This document shows positions 16,669-25,834 of a stretch of DNA of 50,233 bases, piece by piece. The notes beneath the pieces were generated by a model. The model was given only the letters and a program-made list of their open reading frames with translations, was not told the origin of the DNA and did no database searches. The position numbers and the translations under genes are program-made. Source of the stretch: a bacterium (lineage in GTDB: Bacteria > Patescibacteriota > Minisyncoccia > UBA6257 > GWB1-50-10). Location: NCBI GenBank assembly GCA_021811055.1, contig JAJZPU010000001.1, forward strand, positions 1-50,233. The letters are read 5' to 3'. How positions within the stretch are numbered: the first letter of the stretch is position 1; every line of letters begins with the position of its first letter.

Positions 16669-18070
16669 AACCGGAAAAATCGCGCTCCGACCGCGTATCG
16701 TGTATTCGGGGATTTTTTTCGCGTGCGTTGCTTTTGGTGTCGCGACGGGAATATGGCTATGGTTCCAAAATAGGGAGTTGCGGGCGATGAAATCTTTACA
16801 GCCGATCGTATATTATAGTGTTTCGAAGGATGAACCATTTATAAACGCGGGAGATATTGTTGCGGAAGACAACAAGGGAACGTTCCAAGCGGAGAAAGAG
16901 GCGCTCATACGAAAAAAATCTGATTTTATCGAAGCGGATCTGAAAAACATGAAGTTGTCGCTCTATAAAGACGGGGAGGTGAAAAATATATATACCATAT
17001 TAAGAAAGGGAAAGATGGGGAGTTTCTGGGAAACAACCACCGGAATATATTCGGTAGGGGCGAAAAGCGCGAATCATTTTTCCTCGATCGCAAAAGTATG
17101 GATGCCATACGGAATACAATTCTACGGGAATTTTTTCATACATGGATGGCCATACTATGCCGACGGCACGCTTTTACAGTCTTCGTATTCCGGAGGGTGT
17201 ATCCGTCTTGATACGGACGATGCGGAGAAAGTATTTACATTCGCAAAGTATGGAATGCCGGTGCTTGTGTTCGAAGAACAACCGAAGCGGACGCTCTATG
17301 AATCGCTTACCTATAGCGATGGCGCGTCGGATATGCCAATTGTACAGGCGGAAGCGGCGATTGTTACGGATATGGATACGGGGGAAGTGTTACTCGATAA
17401 AAACATCAACGAACCTCTTCCACTTGGTGCACTCACAAAGACCATGACGGCACTTACGACGAGCGAGGTGGTGAATCTTGAACGCACCATTACCGCACAG
17501 GCGTGGATGCTTGAAAAACCGACAAGCGACAATTTTTTGAAAACAGGAGAGCGATATCGCGGATTCGATCTTTTATATCCGCTTCTTATGCAGTCATCGA
17601 ACGATGCCGCGTCGGTGCTGGGAAGTTTTTTGGGTGAACCAAGCACCGTAATCCAGATGAATAAAAAAGCGAAAGGACTCGGCATGGTGAATACGACATT
17701 TGTCGACGTGACCGGAGAATCTGACGGCAACATTTCCACGCTTATGGACCTTTCCCGTCTCGCGCAATATATTCTTGAAAAACGCGGATTTATTTTCGGA
17801 GTGAGTATTGGTACGGAATACCCGGAACAAAAATCGATCGCGTTCCAGAATCTCACGAATTACAATCCATTTGTCGGAGAAAAAGGCATCACGGGAGTCA
17901 TCGGAGGGCGCACCGATGCAGTTGGGTTTACGGTGCTCACCGCATGGAATTTTTCAAAGGAAGGAAAATCGCCGCGGAATATTCTTATAGGAGTGCTTGG
18001 TTCAAATGACGCAAACAGCGACATCATGGCAATCCGCGCATGGATCGAAAAAAATTTCGGAATGAAATAA
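16652..18070 (+). CDS. L,D-transpeptidase (YkuD) domain fused to a degenerate peptidase S11 (DD-carboxypeptidase) domain
   Basis: TM anchor; WMPY..FFIHG..SGGCIRL (LDT His/Cys); then AEAAIV.D..TGEVL..PLGALTK..SSNDAA..MN.KA..LGM..T.F.D..G. The start may be 16646. Confidence 0.85.
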   Translation: MEENNKTGKIALRPRIVYSGIFFACVAFGVATGIWLWFQNRELRAMKSLQPIVYYSVSKDEPFINAGDIVAEDNKGTFQAEKEALIRKKSDFIEADLKNMKLSLYKDGEVKNIYTILRKGKMGSFWETTTGIYSVGAKSANHFSSIAKVWMPYGIQFYGNFFIHGWPYYADGTLLQSSYSGGCIRLDTDDAEKVFTFAKYGMPVLVFEEQPKRTLYESLTYSDGASDMPIVQAEAAIVTDMDTGEVLLDKNINEPLPLGALTKTMTALTTSEVVNLERTITAQAWMLEKPTSDNFLKTGERYRGFDLLYPLLMQSSNDAASVLGSFLGEPSTVIQMNKKAKGLGMVNTTFVDVTGESDGNISTLMDLSRLAQYILEKRGFIFGVSIGTEYPEQKSIAFQNLTNYNPFVGEKGITGVIGGRTDAVGFTVLTAWNFSKEGKSPRNILIGVLGSNDANSDIMAIRAWIEKNFGMK

Positions 18071-18096
18071 CCATACGGACGTATTATAATGAAAAC

Positions 18097-18594
18097 ATGA
18101 TCATATATATCGGCGCTGATCACAGGGGATTTAAATTAAAGGAAGCGATCAAAAGTTTTCTGAAAAACCGTGGCTATCAGGTGTGGGATGTGGGAGATTT
18201 ACGCTACGATGAGCAGGACGATTATCCGGATTTTGCGCTCGCACTCGCTCGGAAAGTGTCGAATGATTACGAGAACAGCAAGGGAATTCTTATCTGCGGA
18301 AACGGCGTGGGAATGAGTGTTGTCGTGAATAAATTCCGGCGTATTCGCGCGGGGCTTGTTGTAAATGCCGATCAAGCGTTCGATTCCAGGAACGACGACG
18401 ATACGAATGTTCTTGTGCTTCCCGCGGATTATCTCACGACCGACATGGTGCGGAAGATACTCATTGCATGGCTCGAAACTCCGTTCGCCCACGAAGAACG
18501 TTTTCGCCGGAGAATCGAAAAGATAAACAGGATCGAAGAGGAGTTTCTTCGTTCTTTTGTTGATGTGGAAGGGGAAAACAAAAAGGATAAATGA
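18097..18594 (+). CDS. rpiB: Ribose-5-phosphate isomerase B
   Basis: IGADHRG, DDYPD, GILICGNGVG, NVLVL, RF.RRI.KI. Confidence 0.93.
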   Translation: MIIYIGADHRGFKLKEAIKSFLKNRGYQVWDVGDLRYDEQDDYPDFALALARKVSNDYENSKGILICGNGVGMSVVVNKFRRIRAGLVVNADQAFDSRNDDDTNVLVLPADYLTTDMVRKILIAWLETPFAHEERFRRRIEKINRIEEEFLRSFVDVEGENKKDK

Positions 18595-18598
18595 ATAT

Positions 18599-19252
18599 AT
18601 GATGGTGATTCCTTCCTTGAACTGCGGAAATTCCGAATGCACTCGCGAAAAAACGCGGGTGTTGAATGATATACGCGCATCATGGGTACATGTTGACGTT
18701 GCCGACGGAATATTTGCGCCCGTTATACTTTCGGAAGACGCGGCGGCGATAAAAAAAATATTCGAGAAAGAGGAATATCGGGGAAATATCGAGGTACATC
18801 TCATGGTGGCGCATCCGGAGCGCTGGGTGCGGGCGTGGCTTGAATGCGGTGCGCGGAGGATACTGGCGCACGCGGAAGTTGTTTCCGATGTGGAGATATT
18901 CAAAAAAATAAAATCGGAATGTGATTCTTTCGGAGCCGAACTCGGTGTTGCGGTACAAGCGGCGACTCCGGAAACGACAATGGAGCAACTTCTTGCGCAC
19001 GCCGCGTTTTGGACGATACTCGCGGTCCCCATAGGTTTTTCCGGCGGGATATTCGAAGAGAAATATGCGCTGAAAAAGATACTGTTTTTGCGGAAACGTA
19101 TTCCGGGGGTGGTCATCGAAGTCGACGGGGGAATGAACCTAAAGACCGGAGTTTTGGTAAAAAATGCGGGAGCCGACATCATCATAAGCGGTGCATTTAT
19201 ATTTTCACATAATGATCCGGGGGAAGCGTTTCGCACGCTCGAGAATCTTTAA
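18599..19252 (+). CDS. rpe: Ribulose-phosphate 3-epimerase
   Basis: IPSL, HVDVADG, EVHLMV, IEVDGG, GADIIISG. Confidence 0.9.
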   Translation: MMVIPSLNCGNSECTREKTRVLNDIRASWVHVDVADGIFAPVILSEDAAAIKKIFEKEEYRGNIEVHLMVAHPERWVRAWLECGARRILAHAEVVSDVEIFKKIKSECDSFGAELGVAVQAATPETTMEQLLAHAAFWTILAVPIGFSGGIFEEKYALKKILFLRKRIPGVVIEVDGGMNLKTGVLVKNAGADIIISGAFIFSHNDPGEAFRTLENL

Positions 19253-19275
19253 GGGAACGGGTATAATAAGATCGT

Positions 19276-20136
19276 ATGACATATTTTCATGAGGATGAGT
19301 TGAAATATCTTGAGGGGGTTGCGACGAGAATACGGGAAAAGATCATTGAGATGCTTCTCGAAGCGGGATCGGGACACTCCGCGGGACCGCTCGGTATGGC
19401 GGATATTTTTACTGCGCTTTATTTTAATGTATTACGTCATGATCCCAAGAAGCCGAAATGGCCTGATCGGGACCGGCTTGTGCTTTCGAACGGACATATT
19501 TGTCCGGTACAGTATGTGGCTCTTGCGTACGCGGGATATTTTCCTCTTGAAGAACTGATGACGCTTCGAAAGATAGATTCGCGTCTCCAGGGGCATCCGC
19601 ATCGCGGGACGCTCCCCGGTATAGAAACAACATCGGGTCCTTTGGGATCCGGACTTTCCCAGGCGATCGGAATGGCGCTTGCCGCGCAGATGGATAAGAA
19701 AAAATATTGGACATATTGTATTGCATCGGATGGAGAACATCAGGAGGGTAACTTCTGGGAAGCGGTGATGTTTGCGGGAAAAAACAAGTTTTTAAATCTT
19801 ATTCTTATCGTGGACAGAAACAATATCCAGATAGACGGATATACTGAAAAGGTAATGCAGCTCGAACCACTCCGCGCGAAATACGAAGCATTCAACTGGC
19901 ACGTGCTTGAAATAGACGGACACAACATAGAAGATTTCGTCGATGCCGTGAGTGAAGCGAAAGCGATCTACGAAAAACCGACCGTTATCATCGCGCACAC
20001 GATTCCGGGAAGGGGAGTGAGTTTTATGGAACGTGATTACCTGTGGCACGGGAAGCCTCCGACGAAGGAAGAAGCGGAGCGTGCGCTTCTCGAACTCCGG
20101 ACGCTCGGAAAAAGGATAGAATCGGAACACGAATAA
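19276..20136 (+). CDS. Transketolase, N-terminal (TPP-binding) subunit
   Basis: GSGH, DRLVLSNGH, LQGHP, GPLGSG, SDGEHQEG..WEA, WHG. Confidence 0.95.
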   Translation: MTYFHEDELKYLEGVATRIREKIIEMLLEAGSGHSAGPLGMADIFTALYFNVLRHDPKKPKWPDRDRLVLSNGHICPVQYVALAYAGYFPLEELMTLRKIDSRLQGHPHRGTLPGIETTSGPLGSGLSQAIGMALAAQMDKKKYWTYCIASDGEHQEGNFWEAVMFAGKNKFLNLILIVDRNNIQIDGYTEKVMQLEPLRAKYEAFNWHVLEIDGHNIEDFVDAVSEAKAIYEKPTVIIAHTIPGRGVSFMERDYLWHGKPPTKEEAERALLELRTLGKRIESEHE

Positions 20137-20209
20137 GAACAGTAGAAAAAATTTAGTATAAAGTAGTAAGTATAAATACGAATTAAGATGTCGAATATAT
20201 CCAAATAAC

Positions 20210-21223
20210 ATGCTGAACAAAAATTTAAATCAAAAACTTTTCGATAAGGATGTGGAGCAGATTCCCACCCGGAACGGATACGGAGAGGGACTTGTGGTGC
20301 TTGGGGAAGAAAACCCGAATGTAGTGGTGCTTTCCGCCGACCTTACGGAATCAACACGCGCAGAAGCATTTTCAAAGAAATTTCCCGAGCGGTTCATCGA
20401 GATTGGTGTTGCGGAACAGAATCTTGCGACGATCGCCGCGGGGCTCGGTATCAGCGGAAAAATTCCGTTCATCTCATCTTATGCGACATTTTCTCCGGGA
20501 AGAAATTATGAACAGATCCGGACAACGATCGCATACAACGATTCGAATGTAAAAATCGCGGGTGCGCATGCGGGAATCTCCGTTGGTCCCGACGGAGCGA
20601 CGCATCAGGCGACGGAAGATATTGCGATCATGCGCGTGATGCCGAATATGAAAGTTATTGTTCCCTGCGACGTAATAGAAGCAAGGAAAGCTACTATTGC
20701 AGCGGCAAAAATTTGGGGACCTGTATATATCAGGTTTGGAAGGGAAAAAAGTCCCGTACTGACAACGGAAACAACGCCGTTTATTGTTGGAAAAGCTCAG
20801 CTCCTCTGGGTGCCGTCGGAAAAAAGAAAGGTAAAGAAACCCGACGTGTTGATAGTCGGATGCGGACCACTTCTCCATAACGCGCTTTGTGCGGCGAAAG
20901 CGCTTGAAGATGAAAAAATAAATGTTTCCGTGATGAATGTTCACACAATAAAACCGCTTGACGAGGATTCAATTCTGAATCACGCAGGACACGCGGGTGC
21001 GGTCGTGACGCTTGAAGAACATCAGATTGCCGGGGGATTGGGAGGCGCGGTTGCCGAACTTCTCGCAAAAAAACTTCCATTACCGATCGAATTTGTGGGG
21101 ATGGAAGATACATTCGGCGAATCGGGAAAACCGAACGAGCTTATTGAGAAATACGGCATGGGAGTGGGAGCGATAAAAGATGCGGTAAAGAGAGTAATAA
21201 AAAGGAAAACGCAGAGTGTGTAA
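20210..21223 (+). CDS. Transketolase, C-terminal subunit
   Basis: ADL..ST, IGVAEQN, GPDGATHQ, GPVYIRFGR, EEHQ..GGLG. Confidence 0.95.
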   Translation: MLNKNLNQKLFDKDVEQIPTRNGYGEGLVVLGEENPNVVVLSADLTESTRAEAFSKKFPERFIEIGVAEQNLATIAAGLGISGKIPFISSYATFSPGRNYEQIRTTIAYNDSNVKIAGAHAGISVGPDGATHQATEDIAIMRVMPNMKVIVPCDVIEARKATIAAAKIWGPVYIRFGREKSPVLTTETTPFIVGKAQLLWVPSEKRKVKKPDVLIVGCGPLLHNALCAAKALEDEKINVSVMNVHTIKPLDEDSILNHAGHAGAVVTLEEHQIAGGLGGAVAELLAKKLPLPIEFVGMEDTFGESGKPNELIEKYGMGVGAIKDAVKRVIKRKTQSV

Positions 21224-21227
21224 AAAA

Positions 21228-22994
21228 ATGAATTCTGAAAACAGAACCTGTCAAAGTTGTAAAAAAATCTTCACGATAGCGAGTGAAGATTTTGATTTCT
21301 ATGAGAAAATAAAAGCGCCTTCGCCCACTTGGTGTCCGGAGTGTCGCTCAATCCGGAGAATGAGCTGGAGGAATGAAAGCTCGCTGTATCGGCATGTATG
21401 CGGATCGTGCAAAAAGCCGATCATAACCATATATTCCCCTCATTATCCGCGGACAATATATTGTAAGGAATGTTGGGTGTCCGATGTATGGGATCCAAAA
21501 ACATATGGCATAGACTACGAGGAAGATACCCCCTTTTTTGTTCAATTCAGGAAGCTTTTTGATACTGTTCCGCTTGTTCTCGCAGATAGGAAAGGCACAA
21601 CCGAAAACAGCGAGTACGGAAACTACAACGGAAATTGCAAAAATTGTTATCTCTGTTTTTCCGTCGCCTTGAGTGAGGACAGCCTCTACTGCGCGAATTC
21701 GCAAGAATTGAAAGAATGCATTGATTCGACAGGATTGCGAAATGGTGAATTGTGTTATGAAGCAGTAGACAGTGAAAAGAATTACAGGTGTATGTTTATC
21801 GAAAGAACCCGCGAAAGTGCCGATTCAAGTTTTCTTTTCGGATGTTCGAATGCGGTGAATTGTTTTATGAGCGCGAACATAAGGAATAAGAGCTATGTAT
21901 TTCGGGGAAAACAGATGAGCGCCGAAGATTATAAGAAAGAAATGACTAAGATCGATATGGGGGATTTTTCCGTTGTCCGGGAATTAAAAAATGAATTCAA
22001 TGCAATGAAGCTACTGGCGTTGCGAAAGCATGCCGAAATAAAAAATTCGATGAATGCCACCGGCGACAACATCACAAATTCAAAAAACGTATTTTACTCT
22101 TTTGATGTAAACGACTCCGAGAATATAAAATATAGCATGAGAATTCTAAAAGGATGCCGTGATATATACGACTGCCATGGTATGGTTGCGGGGGAGCTCG
22201 TATATGAAGGATTTGGTTGTGGATTTTCTCCAAGAAACAACCTCTTCTCTTTTTCGGTTGATGTAAGCCGGAACCTTACCTATTGCGCGATGTGCCATGA
22301 CAGTTCTGATTGTTTCGGATGTGTTGGTCTGAAGAATCAACATTATTGTATTTTAAACAAACAGTACGAAGAAAAAGAATATAAGGAACTTGTTACAAAG
22401 ATTAAAAATCTAATGGATAAAGTCCCCTATACCGACACAAAAGGGAGGGTATACGGATATGGTGAGTTCTTTCCATCGGAGTTGTCTCCCTTCGGATATA
22501 ACGAGACCATAGCGCAGGATAATTTTCCGATTACAAAAGAAGAAGCAGTGACGCAAGGTTTTTTGTGGAAAGATGATGAAAAAAAGAATCATATCCCGAC
22601 GATATTTTCAGATATGATTCCTAAAAACATTACAGACGTGGATGAATCGATTACGAATGAAATTATTCAATGCGAGCATAAAGGATCGTGCAATGAACGG
22701 TGTTCCTCCGCTTTCAAAGTTACCCCTCAAGAATTTTTATTGTATAAAAAACTTTCTGTTCCGATCCCACACCTTTGTCCGAGTTGTCGGCATTTTGAGC
22801 GGTTGAAACGAAGAAATTCCCTCAAACTCTGGCATCGGCAATGCATGTGCGGTCAACCGGCAATGGCGCACCAAAACACCGCAATTCATGAGCACGGGAG
22901 CAGGCCGTGTCCGAATGGGTTTGAAACAAGTTACCCACCCGAACGACCGGAGATTGTATATTGCGAACAATGTTATCAAAAGGAGGTGGTGTAG
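21228..22994 (+). CDS. Cys-rich multi-zinc-ribbon hypothetical protein, paralogue 1
   Basis: CQSCKK.F.I..EDF.FYEK...PTWCPECR; CFGCVGLKN..YCILNKQY; YGEFFP; C-terminal ERPEIVYCEQCYQKEV. Confidence 0.85.
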   Translation: MNSENRTCQSCKKIFTIASEDFDFYEKIKAPSPTWCPECRSIRRMSWRNESSLYRHVCGSCKKPIITIYSPHYPRTIYCKECWVSDVWDPKTYGIDYEEDTPFFVQFRKLFDTVPLVLADRKGTTENSEYGNYNGNCKNCYLCFSVALSEDSLYCANSQELKECIDSTGLRNGELCYEAVDSEKNYRCMFIERTRESADSSFLFGCSNAVNCFMSANIRNKSYVFRGKQMSAEDYKKEMTKIDMGDFSVVRELKNEFNAMKLLALRKHAEIKNSMNATGDNITNSKNVFYSFDVNDSENIKYSMRILKGCRDIYDCHGMVAGELVYEGFGCGFSPRNNLFSFSVDVSRNLTYCAMCHDSSDCFGCVGLKNQHYCILNKQYEEKEYKELVTKIKNLMDKVPYTDTKGRVYGYGEFFPSELSPFGYNETIAQDNFPITKEEAVTQGFLWKDDEKKNHIPTIFSDMIPKNITDVDESITNEIIQCEHKGSCNERCSSAFKVTPQEFLLYKKLSVPIPHLCPSCRHFERLKRRNSLKLWHRQCMCGQPAMAHQNTAIHEHGSRPCPNGFETSYPPERPEIVYCEQCYQKEVV

Positions 22995-23112
22995 AATGAA
23001 ATCATGCGCAATTATTCAAAAGTAGGTAACCGAAACGGAAAACCCGGATATCGCACTCCCGCATCGTTTCGCATGAAAAAATATAAGGATAATTCCGGAA
23101 AAAATAAAAAAT

Positions 23113-23877
23113 ATGAGACTTACTCCTTCAAAAAACGCGCATAGAATGGCGGTACAATATCTTCAGCACGAATTCCGAAAGATACTTCCGGAGGTTTTTA
23201 GAACCCAAGGAGGAAGGGTGATCGACCGTGATTTTGAGCGTCTTTCGAAGCGGCAGGGAGAGGTTTCTTTTTGGAATCTTCTCGCCGGCGTATCCGAAGA
23301 CTGGAAGTTAAAATCGGTGTTCCGCGTGCTTTCGGATTCCCGATTTTCCTGGAAAAAGAAAAAAATTCCCGTGAGGGGCATCATTCTTACGGGAATGTCT
23401 CCGCTTATGGACGAATACGTTATAAAAAAATGCGACAGGAGCCCCATTGCATTCGGAGAGATGTGGAAAAAGGATAAAAAAATGAGAGACAAAATAAAAA
23501 AGAGCGGATTTTCCGCGCATTCCGAACGGGATCATTTTCCCATATTCGTAGCGCACGAAGACGGAAAGTACAAAGTTTTTGACGGAATGCGAAGAACACT
23601 TCTCGCGATCATTGGAAATAAGCGATATATAACCGCGTGGGTGGGGGATATGAAAAGAAAAAATGAAAAACCCATCATAAGCGAGGGATTCTGTTATGTT
23701 TTTTCCCAAATATACAAAAACGGAAAAAGAACCAAAAAACAGAATGATGCGTTCGTCGAGGTGGGGAAAATCATTTCGAAAGAGTATGAAAATGGGAGGG
23801 ATGTGCTTAGAACGCGTATAGGGGGATGGTCTCATGATGGACGCATAAAGGAAATTTTTGAAAGAATGATAAAATAA
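23113..23877 (+). CDS. Hypothetical protein with a ParB/sulfiredoxin-like motif
   Basis: FPIFV...GKYKVFDGMRRTLLA resembles the ParBc DG(H/x)RR motif. The start could be 23146. Confidence 0.55.
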   Translation: MRLTPSKNAHRMAVQYLQHEFRKILPEVFRTQGGRVIDRDFERLSKRQGEVSFWNLLAGVSEDWKLKSVFRVLSDSRFSWKKKKIPVRGIILTGMSPLMDEYVIKKCDRSPIAFGEMWKKDKKMRDKIKKSGFSAHSERDHFPIFVAHEDGKYKVFDGMRRTLLAIIGNKRYITAWVGDMKRKNEKPIISEGFCYVFSQIYKNGKRTKKQNDAFVEVGKIISKEYENGRDVLRTRIGGWSHDGRIKEIFERMIK

Positions 23878-23882
23878 TTTTT

Positions 23883-24554
23883 ATGGGAACACTGTATATT
23901 GTCGCGACGCCGATAGGAAATATGAAAGACATCACACTCCGTGCGCTTGAAACGCTGGGGAGCGTCGATCTTGTGCTTGCGGAAGATACGCGCGTCGCAA
24001 AAAAACTCTTATCGCATTACAACATTCAGAAACCGGTGTGGCGTGCCGATGCGCGCGCCGAGCGGGATATTGGAGAAAAAGTGATGCGCGAACTTACGTC
24101 GGGAAAAAATATCGCATTTGTTTCAGATGCGGGAACGCCGAACGTTTCCGATCCCGGGTCCGCAATCGTTGCGTATATCCGCAGCCATACCGTTATCCTA
24201 ATAGTTCCCATTCCGGGCGTATCGGCGATTACCACACTTCTTTCGGTTGCGGGAGTATCGGGTGATGCGTTCGTGTTTCTTGGATACCCGCCGCATAAGA
24301 AGGGAAGAAATACGTTCTTCAAGAAAATGGCGGAAATGGACATCTCCGTGATTTTTTACGAATCGCCGCACAGGATAGAGAAAACGATACAGAATATCGG
24401 GGAATATTGCGGAGAAGATAGGAAAATCTGCATCGGACGCGAGCTTACAAAGATGCACGAAGAGGTATTTTGGGGCACGACAAAAGAAGCGGAAAGCCAT
24501 TTTAAGGGGGAAAGGAAGAAGGGGGAGTTCGTTGTTGTAATTCCGCAAAATTAG
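23883..24554 (+). CDS. rsmI: 16S rRNA (cytidine1402-2'-O)-methyltransferase
   Basis: LYIVATPIGN..DIT.RA, AEDTR, SDAGTP.VSDPG, FYESPHR, RELTKMHEE. Confidence 0.96.
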   Translation: MGTLYIVATPIGNMKDITLRALETLGSVDLVLAEDTRVAKKLLSHYNIQKPVWRADARAERDIGEKVMRELTSGKNIAFVSDAGTPNVSDPGSAIVAYIRSHTVILIVPIPGVSAITTLLSVAGVSGDAFVFLGYPPHKKGRNTFFKKMAEMDISVIFYESPHRIEKTIQNIGEYCGEDRKICIGRELTKMHEEVFWGTTKEAESHFKGERKKGEFVVVIPQN

Positions 24555-24585
24555 CACTTGACACCCTCGAGTGCTAATTTATAAT
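24551..24585 (+). promoter_or_regulatory. CIRCE operator overlapping the hrcA promoter
   Basis: TTAGCACTT-N9-GAGTGCTAA (24551-24577, one mismatch to CIRCE); TTGACA 24558-24563 and TATAAT 24580-24585. Confidence 0.93.
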
Positions 24586-24592
24586 CAGAAAC

Positions 24593-25306
24593 ATGAGGGA
24601 AAGAACGAAAGAGATCCTCGAGGCGGGAGTGCGCCAGTTCATAAAAACCGGGCTTCCTATAACTTCCGAGCGTCTTTTTGAAGAATATGATTTTGGCATC
24701 AAGCCGGCCATGATACGCTGTGAATTGAATATACTCGACGAGGAGGGGTATCTGGAACAAAATCATCCGTCCGGAGGGCGTCGCCCGACGCATAAAGCCT
24801 ACAAACTTTTTGTTGATGGGTTGCTTTCGGACAAAGAAGAATCCTCGCGGCGGGCAAAACAGGCCTTCGGTACGCTCCTTTCTCTTTTTGAACAGGAACG
24901 CAAGGTATTTATAGAACACGTTGCGGACGCGTTTGATTCGTTTATTGCGGGATATGAACCGAAGCGGGAAGAATTTTACGGAAGCGGACTTTCCGATCTT
25001 ATGACGCGTATGGAACTTTCATCGAAGGACGAGGTGGTGCAGGTGGTGGAAGATTTTGAAAACCTTTCCTCTCGCATAGAAGAAGAGCGCCGTTGGTGGG
25101 AACGTGAATCGTCGTGGCCGCAAGTGTTTATCGGCGGGAGTCCGTTTACACGGAGCAGAAATACGTCGATTATTGTCGAACGATTCGACAGGGGAAACGA
25201 GAAATTCTTTTTTGTCATGCTCGGTCCTACGCGCATGGATTACCAGAAATCTATCAATTTTTTTAAAACACTCGAACAGTCGTTATTCGATAAAAAAGAA
25301 GACTAA
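24593..25306 (+). CDS. hrcA: Heat-inducible transcription repressor HrcA (short form)
   Basis: R..EIL...FIKTG.PI.S, PAMIR.EL..L...GYL.Q.HPSGGR.PT; C-terminal LGPTRMDY; lies next to CIRCE and grpE. Confidence 0.9.
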   Translation: MRERTKEILEAGVRQFIKTGLPITSERLFEEYDFGIKPAMIRCELNILDEEGYLEQNHPSGGRRPTHKAYKLFVDGLLSDKEESSRRAKQAFGTLLSLFEQERKVFIEHVADAFDSFIAGYEPKREEFYGSGLSDLMTRMELSSKDEVVQVVEDFENLSSRIEEERRWWERESSWPQVFIGGSPFTRSRNTSIIVERFDRGNEKFFFVMLGPTRMDYQKSINFFKTLEQSLFDKKED

Positions 25307-25309
25307 ACT

Positions 25310-25810
25310 ATGGAAAAAGACGAACAAAAAAAAGAGGACGTCTCTTCACAATCGGAAAATTCCGAAAATGAACTTGCGATGTGTAAAAAACAGTGTGATG
25401 AATATTTGGACGGATGGAAGCGCGCGAAGGCGGATTTTATAAATTATAAAAACGATGAAACGGCACGAATACAAAGCCTTTTGAAGTTCGGAAACGAATC
25501 GTTGTTGTACGACGTACTTCCGGTATTCGACAGCTTCGACATGGGCATGGCGGTACTCAAGGAGGATGCGGAAGCAAGGAAAGGAATGAACCTTATTCGT
25601 ACGCAACTTGAAGATGTTATGAAACGGCACGGGCTGGAACCGATCGAGGCCCCTCCCGGCACGCCTTTCGATCCGGCGCGCCACGAGGCAATCGGGGAAA
25701 TGGCGTCGGATATTCCCGAGGGTATGATTGCGGAAGAAACGAAGCGGGGATACGCGTTACACGGAAAAATACTTCGTCCCGCAAAAGTGAAAATAGCAAA
25801 AAAATCGTAG
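25310..25810 (+). CDS. grpE: Nucleotide exchange factor GrpE
   Basis: KRAKADFINYK, LPVFD, FDPARHEA, GY.LHGKILRPAKVKI. Confidence 0.96.
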   Translation: MEKDEQKKEDVSSQSENSENELAMCKKQCDEYLDGWKRAKADFINYKNDETARIQSLLKFGNESLLYDVLPVFDSFDMGMAVLKEDAEARKGMNLIRTQLEDVMKRHGLEPIEAPPGTPFDPARHEAIGEMASDIPEGMIAEETKRGYALHGKILRPAKVKIAKKS

Positions 25811-25834
25811 TCGCATAAAAATAAAATTATACAT

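Noticed and set aside
18199..19236. Long antisense ORFs (also 35315..36232, 42980..44038, 48656..49540 and similar)
   Set aside because: They are shadows of well-supported + strand genes (rpiB/rpe, ftsI, sua5, ppsA).
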